Source: Pseudomonadota bacterium (GTDB lineage: Bacteria; Pseudomonadota; Gammaproteobacteria; Burkholderiales; Burkholderiaceae_C). From it: a DNA stretch of 30,000 bases. Each line of letters starts with the position of its first letter. Position 1 is the first letter of the stretch. The translations under genes and the position numbers were made by a program. Shown here in pieces: positions 1 through 6,515 of this stretch. Location: NCBI GenBank assembly GCA_023418355.1, contig JAEZZU010000064.1:1-30000 (forward strand), read 5' to 3'. Below the pieces are notes generated by a model. The model had not been told where the DNA came from. It did no database searches and saw only the letters and a program-made list of their open reading frames with translations.

Positions 1-2
1 AT

Positions 3-1181
3 GCTACACAGATTGTAGAATACTTAACGTATAAACACCGTAGGAACTCTATTTTAGGTGGTGGTGCCGATTGGGAAGAAGACGAAGAAGATCAAGAATA
101 CGATAAAGGTTTCTTAGCCGCAGTAAGGGCGGATGGTCGTATTCCTACCCCAGCCGCTACATGTGATGCTGCAACCTCTCGTATGAAGCATAGATCTGTA
201 GCTAATATTCCTCGTGTCACATCTTTGTTTGGATGGGAGATGCGTAACTTGTTTGGTGTGGAGGTTCCTAAATACTTCCAGATCGGCTACGACTTCGACT
301 CTTTGGAAGCAAAAATTGAATCGCATTACTGTTGGCGGTACGAGCCGGAGCCACACGAATATTGTAACGCTCTGTTGTTAGAGAAACCTAACGATGTTCA
401 CACAATGATGGCAAAACGTATCACTGAAACTATTGGACGTAAATTTGAACGTAGTCCTGCTAAATCTGTTAAGTATGGTATTACCTATGGTGCACAAGCA
501 GACAAGGTTGCTAAAACAATTGGTAGCGATAAGTTTACAGGTCAGTTGGTGTTCGATGCTTTCTGGGAGGCTGCATTCCCACTGGCACGTCTTAAAGAAC
601 GTTTAAACGATTTCTGGGTTAAGACTGGTAAACAATATGTTTTGGGTATTGACGGTCGTAAGGTTCCTACTCGTTCTGCTCACGCGATTCTTAACTCTCT
701 GTTCCAAAGTGGTGGGGTTATCTGTGCTAAACGTGCAATGGTTATTTATGACGATATGATCGAAGAAGAAGGACTAAGTGTTGACTTCTTTAAAGATGAC
801 TGGAAGAATAAAGACTTCGTGCAACAAATGATTGCATATCACGATGAAGCCCAGCTTGAAGTTTCTCGTAACCTTGTAGAATTTAAATGGTTTTCACCTG
901 AATCATTAGGTTGGAAGAAAGTAGACGATCCTGAAGAACAAAAGAAAATTGATAAAGAATGCCTTGCTAAAGTTGAAGAATGGAAGCATAATAAGGAAAA
1001 AGAGACAGGGCAAATTTGGGCTAACATTCATGAATCTCCCAAAGGTGGATGGTTTACAGCCTATAGTCGGGCAGGTGAACTTGCTGCTTTAGCTGTTACT
1101 AAGGCTGGAGAATTTTACAATCTTAATGTTCAGCTTACTGCCGGATATGATGTGGGTAACTCCTGGGCGTCCTGTCACTAG
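3..1181 (+). CDS. DNA polymerase, family A (Pol I/T7 type), C-terminal portion; the 5' end lies outside the window
   Basis: The frame of the 183..1181 ORF stays open back to nt 3. Pol A palm and finger motifs are visible: motif A GYDFDSLEAKI (compare DxSxxELR), motif B RSPAKSVKYGITYGAQ (compare RxxAKxxxYGxxYG) and motif C AYHDEAQLEV. The protein ends in ...NSWASCH, with the conserved C-terminal His of Pol A enzymes. Confidence 0.9.
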   Translation, partial: ATQIVEYLTYKHRRNSILGGGADWEEDEEDQEYDKGFLAAVRADGRIPTPAATCDAATSRMKHRSVANIPRVTSLFGWEMRNLFGVEVPKYFQIGYDFDSLEAKIESHYCWRYEPEPHEYCNALLLEKPNDVHTMMAKRITETIGRKFERSPAKSVKYGITYGAQADKVAKTIGSDKFTGQLVFDAFWEAAFPLARLKERLNDFWVKTGKQYVLGIDGRKVPTRSAHAILNSLFQSGGVICAKRAMVIYDDMIEEEGLSVDFFKDDWKNKDFVQQMIAYHDEAQLEVSRNLVEFKWFSPESLGWKKVDDPEEQKKIDKECLAKVEEWKHNKEKETGQIWANIHESPKGGWFTAYSRAGELAALAVTKAGEFYNLNVQLTAGYDVGNSWASCH

Positions 1182-1198
1182 TTAACTCATTGTTTTAT

Positions 1199-1220
1199 AA
1201 GGGGCTTCTGCCCCTTTATA
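1199..1220 (+). terminator. Putative rho-independent terminator after the polymerase gene
   Basis: Hairpin AAGGGGC-TTCT-GCCCCTT followed by TTATA, 18 nt after the polymerase stop. The stem is short and the U-tract weak. Confidence 0.5.
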
Positions 1221-1229
1221 GGAGGAGAT

Positions 1230-1421
1230 ATGCATTACGATTTAGATTGTCTTGGTATGCCTTACCTACCAGATGAATTTGAAGGTGAAGAAGAACGTGA
1301 ATGGGACGATGGGGATATCCGTTGTTGGTCTTGTGGTAAAGATATGTCCTATGAACAACATATGCACAATGATGGTTTCTGCATACATTGTTATAATGAA
1401 ATTGATCTGGAGGAAGATTAA
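1230..1421 (+). CDS. Small Cys-rich protein, putative zinc ribbon (CWSC...CIHC), acidic
   Basis: AGGAGG lies 6 nt upstream of the ATG. There are two CxxC pairs (CWSCGK and CIHCYN). The stop overlaps the next start as TAATG. Confidence 0.65.
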   Translation: MHYDLDCLGMPYLPDEFEGEEEREWDDGDIRCWSCGKDMSYEQHMHNDGFCIHCYNEIDLEED

Positions 1422-1588
1422 TGGGAAATGGTATCATGATTTGCTATAAAATTGTGCGTATTGTCGGAGACGAAGTTATCACTCGGTATTTTATGATAGA
1501 GTCTCAAGCCGATGAGGTTTACAATGACTGGCTTGAAAAAGGTGGATACGATTTTGTATCTAAAGAAACTTTCCGTTTAGAAGTATAA
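1421..1588 (+). CDS. Hypothetical 55-aa protein (MGNGIMICYKIVRIVGDEVITRYFMIESQADEVYNDWLEKGGYDFVSKETFRLEV), not in the supplied ORF track
   Basis: I translated this by hand. Its ATG shares one nt with the preceding TAA (TAATG coupling). It fills the otherwise unexplained gap 1422-1598. Its stop lies inside the AAGGAG RBS of the next gene. Confidence 0.5.
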   Translation: MGNGIMICYKIVRIVGDEVITRYFMIESQADEVYNDWLEKGGYDFVSKETFRLEV

Positions 1589-1598
1589 GGAGAAAACA

Positions 1599-1817
1599 AT
1601 GCGTAAATTAGTGAGCTTTAATGTTTCAATTCTTGTTGATGAACAAAATGAAGATGTTATTAAAGGTCTTGCAAATAAGATTGCAGGTGGAATGACGGAA
1701 GCTGAAGTGTGGGAAGAATGTGCTCGACTTTATGAGGAAGGTGTTATTGAGGTCTTGGGGGATGAGATTAATATGGACGATGTTGTAAAAGTAACTGTGG
1801 AGCGTATCCATGACTAA
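1599..1817 (+). CDS. Hypothetical small, strongly acidic protein (72 aa)
   Basis: AAGGAG lies 7 nt upstream of the ATG. I count 17 D/E against 7 K/R. It overlaps the next gene by 8 nt (ATGACTAA). Confidence 0.6.
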   Translation: MRKLVSFNVSILVDEQNEDVIKGLANKIAGGMTEAEVWEECARLYEEGVIEVLGDEINMDDVVKVTVERIHD

Positions 1818-2403
1818 ATCAAAACAAATCAATATTGCCAAAGAAATTCTTACCGTATTAAAGATTGCTGATCCTAATTCTGTCTTGGCTGGCGGCGCTG
1901 TTCGTGATTGGCGTATTCTTGATATTGCTGGACGTGATCTGGATTTTTACACGTCTCTTCCTGCACATCGATCAGAAGAGCAAATACAAGAATTGATTGC
2001 ATCTGCTTTGATGGGAACTAATGTTCGTAAATTAGGAAACAAAGAAGCTTCGGATAACTACGAGGGTGTTACTGGTCTTAAACACGTTTTTGAGTTTGAA
2101 CGTGATGGTCAGCTTTGCAACCTTATGATTATGGAACCAAGCGTAATGACAACCTTTCTAAATGAGTTTGATCTATCCATCTGCCAGGCTGCATTTGATG
2201 GGAAGGATTGTTATTACTCTAAAGATTTTGAAACAACCTTGGAAACAGGGATCTGCTTCTTGCACAAAGATGTTAGAGAAGATGCCAAACACGTTATTAA
2301 AATTGCTACACGTTTCCCATATCTTCGTTTTGTGAAAGAGGTTAAGGTTCCACGTCCACCTCAAGTAGATACCAGATTGGAAGAAGATGATATTCCTTGG
2401 TAA
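1810..2403 (+). CDS. Minimal nucleotidyltransferase of the PolyA-polymerase/CCA-adding head-domain type, with an SSB-like acidic C-terminal tip
   Basis: LAGGAVRDWRILDIAGRDLDFYT matches the GGxVRD...DxD signature of class II CCA-adding/poly(A) polymerase head domains. At 197 aa it covers the head domain only. The C-terminus is ...LEEDDIPW. Confidence 0.65.
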   Translation: MTKSKQINIAKEILTVLKIADPNSVLAGGAVRDWRILDIAGRDLDFYTSLPAHRSEEQIQELIASALMGTNVRKLGNKEASDNYEGVTGLKHVFEFERDGQLCNLMIMEPSVMTTFLNEFDLSICQAAFDGKDCYYSKDFETTLETGICFLHKDVREDAKHVIKIATRFPYLRFVKEVKVPRPPQVDTRLEEDDIPW

Positions 2404-2410
2404 TTAAAGC

Positions 2411-2440
2411 TTGACAATATTAAACATTTTATGATAGGAT
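2411..2440 (+). promoter_or_regulatory. Candidate sigma70-type promoter: -35 TTGACA, 18-nt spacer, extended -10 TGATAGGAT
   Basis: TTGACA at 2411-2416 and TGnTAGGAT at 2432-2440. The -10 is only a 4/6 match to TATAAT, and it contains AGGA, which could instead be the RBS for the ATG at 2449. Confidence 0.4.
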
Positions 2441-2448
2441 AGCATTCA

Positions 2449-2841
2449 ATGACTGAACGTTCTAAGATAGCTGTTGAAACTGTTTATGGAAACTACACCA
2501 GTTTGACACTAGTTGAGAAAAATGTTGTAGGTCTTGACAACTCTTTTTATTTTCAAATTTTGGTTATTCAAGGTGGCGACAAGAAGCTAACCGCTCGTGT
2601 TGAAACATCTGAAATAATTGAAACCACTGTTACAAACAAAGAATTCATTTCACTGCAAGATACAATCCGAAACGTTATAGACGAAGAAGGCAAAGCTGCC
2701 ACAATTAAACTCGGAGGTTTCCCAGTGCAAATAGTTCATTTTCCTAATGGTGAAATTGGAGTTGGAATAGGTAAAGGTAAATACCTGTTAGAGCAAGATG
2801 ATATGGAAAGACTCCGCTCTTTCTGTGCAAAATTAATGTAA
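2449..2841 (+). CDS. Hypothetical protein (130 aa)
   Basis: Longest ORF in a compact same-strand gene array, with no family motif that I recognise. AGGA lies 9 nt upstream. Confidence 0.55.
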   Translation: MTERSKIAVETVYGNYTSLTLVEKNVVGLDNSFYFQILVIQGGDKKLTARVETSEIIETTVTNKEFISLQDTIRNVIDEEGKAATIKLGGFPVQIVHFPNGEIGVGIGKGKYLLEQDDMERLRSFCAKLM

Positions 2842-2857
2842 TGTAGAGGAGATAATA

Positions 2858-3745
2858 ATGTCCGTAATTAATACTGAAACTGATCGTAAAGGCAAAACCG
2901 TAACTTATGCAACTGGTATCGTAGACTACGTTAAACTGGATAAATTCGCTGAACCTAAAACTTTTCATTGGGAAGGAAAAACGATTGTTTCAACTCACCG
3001 AGCCTCTCTTGTTCTGAAAGAGAAAGGTGCTAAACCAGATGAGAAAGGTGTTTGGATTTCTCTTGGTGACATTGAACTGAAAGAAGGTTATGAAAACCTG
3101 CAAGTCAAAGAAGGTGATAATTGGATCACTATTGAAAAAGGTGTAGAAGTAAGTATTGATATTGATCGCGTTGATAATAAAGGCGGTAAAACTTACTACA
3201 ATACTAAAAAATCTCGTATTACAGTATTGTCTACCGATGGTGTTCAGAAGTCTAACAAATCTTCTGGCAATAAAGGTTCCAACGATGCTGCTCCTAAGCA
3301 GTCCTATAAAAAACGTGATACTGTAGGTCTGGAAACTGGTCACGCAGTAAATGGTGCACTGGAACTGATTCGTAATGGTGTTAAAGGCGATGCTTTCGAT
3401 ATCGCTGGGGTTGTTCAATCTGCAACTGTCACGCTGAAATCGGAAATTGCTGAATCTCGTGGCGTTGATATTAATGATTATGATCTTGGGGCATCTGTTG
3501 GTCACGCTATTCTCAATGCTTGTAAAGACCATACCATTAAGACTGTATCTGTAGAAGATCTGATTGACTCTGCTCGTAAAGTTCTGGCTCTGTCTGATAA
3601 AGTTGCTGCTGCCATTCGTGGTTCCGCAGAACAACCTAAGAAAGAAGAGAAGAAAGAAGTTAAGAAGCCTGAACCACAACCAGAACCAACTCCAAGTAAT
3701 CAAGAAGAACCTCCAATGGACTTCGATGATGATATTCCGTTCTGA
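2858..3745 (+). CDS. Single-stranded DNA-binding protein-like (OB-fold-like N-terminus, extra helical middle region, P/E/K-rich linker, DFDDDIPF tail)
   Basis: GAGGAG RBS. The C-terminus ...EEPPMDFDDDIPF is the hallmark bacterial SSB-Ct motif, and it follows a low-complexity linker (PKKEEKKEVKKPEPQPEPTPSNQ). The gene sits next to the polymerase module. Confidence 0.6.
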   Translation: MSVINTETDRKGKTVTYATGIVDYVKLDKFAEPKTFHWEGKTIVSTHRASLVLKEKGAKPDEKGVWISLGDIELKEGYENLQVKEGDNWITIEKGVEVSIDIDRVDNKGGKTYYNTKKSRITVLSTDGVQKSNKSSGNKGSNDAAPKQSYKKRDTVGLETGHAVNGALELIRNGVKGDAFDIAGVVQSATVTLKSEIAESRGVDINDYDLGASVGHAILNACKDHTIKTVSVEDLIDSARKVLALSDKVAAAIRGSAEQPKKEEKKEVKKPEPQPEPTPSNQEEPPMDFDDDIPF

Positions 3746-3777
3746 TCTTATTGATTTATAAAGAATTTTTATAAAAG

Positions 3778-3799
3778 AAAGGAGCCATTTGGCTCCTTT
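3778..3799. terminator. Bidirectional terminator between the convergent SSB-like gene and the last tail-module gene
   Basis: Perfect 9-bp hairpin AAAGGAGCC-ATTT-GGCTCCTTT with T-runs after it on the + strand and A-runs before it. It lies between the stops at 3745 (+) and 3802 (-). Confidence 0.75.
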
Positions 3800-3801
3800 T
3801 C

Positions 3802-6474
3802 TTATTTATAATTGGAAGGAATGTTGTTATAATCAGAAAGTTTTGTGCAATACCTGAATAGGTAACTATTAGCTACTCCGCCTAATGTATTTGTTAATGT
3901 TGTTCCTGTTCCTGTAAGATTTGTGCATCCACTAAAGAAAGAAGATAATGCTCCACGTTTACCACAAACAGTTAACCCTGGGTTGTCATTAAAGATCTTA
4001 TTAAAATCTGTAAGTCCTAAACAACCTTGGAATGTAGCTGTTAAAGAGGTCACTTTCGTTGGAATATTATCAAACATTCCTGCTGGAACTTCTGCAAGAG
4101 AGGTGCAATCTTTAAAGGTGTAAGAATATCTTGTAACTTTTGACAGATTCTTAAACAAATCTGAAGGAATAGATGTTAAAGATGTACAACCTTCAAACGT
4201 GCTTGACATTGTTGTCATTGAAGGAAATAAAGCATCACTAAATAATCCTTCAGGGATAGCTGTCAAACTTGTGCAGCCAGAGAAGATACCGCTTATAGAT
4301 GTTCCGGTGTAAGATGTGTTACTAAAACAATCAGAAGTTATTCGTCTTAAGTTAGCACAACCTTTTAAGAATTGTGAGGCTGGGCTTGTAGAATAACTGA
4401 TTCTATTACCGCCCCAAAGTTCTAAAAGACTTGGGTTTGCTTCCATAGACACTTCCACACTATTAACTACTGAAGCACTTGCAAATTCAATAGCCAGTCT
4501 ATATTCTCCTGCTGGATAACTATCCACTGTAGAGAAAGCTTTGTTTCTAAATATTACTTTACTTGAAGGAACTACAACGTCATCCACCTTAACTACAAAG
4601 TTAGCTGGTGTAACAGTACCCGATAAAGTTGGGAACGTAATTGCCCCATCTGCCGAGTGGTTGAAATATCCGTTTAGAACCGTTAAACTACTACTCGGAG
4701 ATGGAGCTAACTCCTTTCCCGCAACAGCGTTCACCGTTAAATAAGAACTGTCAGAAGCGGTAACAACACCTTGATACATAGCTGTGCAACCAATTCTACA
4801 ACCACCATCACCAACACCAGTTATTACACCAGTTGTAGGATCTACTGTAGCAACATTAGGATCTGTAGTTGTATACTCAACAACCATACCAGGTAAGCTT
4901 GCTGCTCCTGTTGGTGTTATCTCTGCTACCATTGTTTGTGTTGTTCCTACATCCATCGCAGATAAGCTAGGGGTGTAAACACTCAATGTTGAAGCATATC
5001 CTCCAGAGGTATCTGATAAAGTTGTTCCTTCAGCGTTTAAGGCTGTCATACCTGCATCAAAACCACCTTCTGCATGGAAAGTCATTAAACCAGTAGATGA
5101 TATTGTCATATTTGCAGGGGCAGAAGAAGTGTATTTAATATTGAAAAGTTTACCTCCTTCTGGGCTAACAGAATGTGTCAACTGTTTAGTTCCACCTACA
5201 ATACAAATTCCTAAAGAATCTGTAGTTAAGCCAGTTGCCAGAATATCGCCCGTAATCACGGAGCTTGCTATTGGTGTGAATTTATTATAGTTTAGACCAC
5301 TATTGAACAGATACGAGGCTTTCCCATCTTTCCAAATACCGGAATAATACATATCCCCGTTATAAACGAAAAAGGTTCCTTGATAACCTAATTGGTTAGT
5401 AACATCCATATTCAGCGTATGAACGCTTGTGAGCTTGTTTATATCCCAAGAACCCACTCCTTCAGGTTTAACTGGTTTTCCCACTTGGAGTGGATCTCCG
5501 CTCGCAGAATCATACCCCAAACCTAAGTTTGCAGTGTAGTTCTTACCAATAGCCCACAAGGAATTATTGATCCCAACGAAAAAAGAGTGGCGGCTTGGTG
5601 GAAACTTCCATGTTGAGAAACCTGCTGCAAAGGTATCCAGTTTAGTGTAGGTTGTTTCTGTATTAGATCTAACATATAAGTAGTTTACTGTACCCGTGCC
5701 ACCGGAGGTATCTCCTACAACTATTGTCTGGGAAACTGTATTGATGTAATCTTTGACATACACTGTTTCAGTAGCGGATATCTTTGCATTGACAAAAGCT
5801 GTTGTTGTGTTATTATTACCTGCTAAACCTTTACTAGCTCCACAAACACGCAAGGTTCCCACATTGTTGACATAAGAGCATTGGTTGTAACCTGCATCAA
5901 AAGCAACTGCTGCACTTGTTATCTGACGAGGAGTAGAAACTTCGTTAGTAGTACTTGCACCTAAACTACCTACTGTGTTTTGACCTGATCCATAAAGAAC
6001 ACCACTATTCATTAACCAGAGAGTGTTGTTATATCCTCCCTTAACCTCTTTAAGATTGGCTAAAGAGATAGTCCCTGTTATTACAGATGGAAAGCTGGTC
6101 CAAGTAGTTACACATGCGTCCGTACCACCTGCTGCTATAGATCCTACCAACCCTGCTGTCAATCCTGAATATTGCCATCCCCCACTGTTAGTTTTAATAA
6201 CAAAACAACGATCTGCGGTAAACACATCCGCTACTACAGTAGAAGCTAAGTGGAAATTATTGAATCGTGCACTACGAGTTCCATCTGCAATCTCACCAAA
6301 GAGGTTTGCGCCTTGAGTAAACAATCTACCATCATTAAGCAAAATTGCTAAACTGTTGTTAGAATTACCAGCGTTATCTGGGTAATCTAAAGTGATTACT
6401 TTTTTAACAATACCTGCTGGCAGAGGAACGACACCAGTGCTGGTCATAATAGTAAATATTGGAATTGGAAACAT
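3802..6474 (-). CDS. Large tail-associated or adhesin-like protein: RCC1-like beta-propeller repeats + two Ig-like (Big_2-type) domains + C-terminal DUF285/BspA-type leucine-rich repeats
   Basis: GGAGGG RBS. About six or seven repeats recur at a period of about 50 aa in aa 45-390, for example LFTQGANLFGEIADG, LYGSGQNTVGSLGAS, RVCGASKGLAGNN and WAIGKNYTANLGLGY. A Big_2-like segment reads TTDPNVATVDPTTGVITGVGDGGCRIGCTA. From aa 700-890 there are at least six F-x-GC-T-S-L-T-x-I/V-P-x-x-L/M-F units, including FSGCTSLTAIPEGLF, FEGCTSLTSIPSDLF and FKDCTSLAEVPAGMF. Confidence 0.7.
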   Translation of the reverse strand: MFPIPIFTIMTSTGVVPLPAGIVKKVITLDYPDNAGNSNNSLAILLNDGRLFTQGANLFGEIADGTRSARFNNFHLASTVVADVFTADRCFVIKTNSGGWQYSGLTAGLVGSIAAGGTDACVTTWTSFPSVITGTISLANLKEVKGGYNNTLWLMNSGVLYGSGQNTVGSLGASTTNEVSTPRQITSAAVAFDAGYNQCSYVNNVGTLRVCGASKGLAGNNNTTTAFVNAKISATETVYVKDYINTVSQTIVVGDTSGGTGTVNYLYVRSNTETTYTKLDTFAAGFSTWKFPPSRHSFFVGINNSLWAIGKNYTANLGLGYDSASGDPLQVGKPVKPEGVGSWDINKLTSVHTLNMDVTNQLGYQGTFFVYNGDMYYSGIWKDGKASYLFNSGLNYNKFTPIASSVITGDILATGLTTDSLGICIVGGTKQLTHSVSPEGGKLFNIKYTSSAPANMTISSTGLMTFHAEGGFDAGMTALNAEGTTLSDTSGGYASTLSVYTPSLSAMDVGTTQTMVAEITPTGAASLPGMVVEYTTTDPNVATVDPTTGVITGVGDGGCRIGCTAMYQGVVTASDSSYLTVNAVAGKELAPSPSSSLTVLNGYFNHSADGAITFPTLSGTVTPANFVVKVDDVVVPSSKVIFRNKAFSTVDSYPAGEYRLAIEFASASVVNSVEVSMEANPSLLELWGGNRISYSTSPASQFLKGCANLRRITSDCFSNTSYTGTSISGIFSGCTSLTAIPEGLFSDALFPSMTTMSSTFEGCTSLTSIPSDLFKNLSKVTRYSYTFKDCTSLAEVPAGMFDNIPTKVTSLTATFQGCLGLTDFNKIFNDNPGLTVCGKRGALSSFFSGCTNLTGTGTTLTNTLGGVANSYLFRYCTKLSDYNNIPSNYK

Positions 6475-6486
6475 TTAAACCCTCCA

Positions 6487-6513
6487 TAAAAAGAAAGCCC
6501 CTTTCGGGGCTTC
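6487..6513 (-). terminator. Rho-independent terminator (minus strand) between the collagen-like fibre gene and the RCC1/Ig/LRR gene
   Basis: On the minus strand: GAAGCCCC-GAAA-GGGGCTTTC followed by TTTTTAT. It starts 3 nt after the upstream stop and ends just before the GGAGGG RBS. Confidence 0.7.
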
Positions 6514-6515
6514 TG

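Noticed and set aside
2430-2435. TATGAT as the -10 hexamer for the TTGACA at 2411
   Set aside because: The spacer would be only 13 nt, outside the functional 16-19-nt range. The TGATAGGAT alternative, with an 18-nt spacer, is retained instead at low confidence.
2990-3703. 237-aa ORF on the minus strand, antisense to the SSB-like gene
   Set aside because: It lies entirely inside a well-supported + strand gene. Its composition is the low-complexity mirror of the sense codons (F/N/I/R-rich), it has no RBS, and it breaks the strand organisation. It is an antisense-frame artefact.
3803-3810. TATAAATA (T4-type late promoter box) on the minus strand
   Set aside because: It is the last codons plus the stop of the 890-aa gene (AAT TAT AAA TAA). 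It points into the terminator and the convergent gene, with nothing downstream to transcribe.
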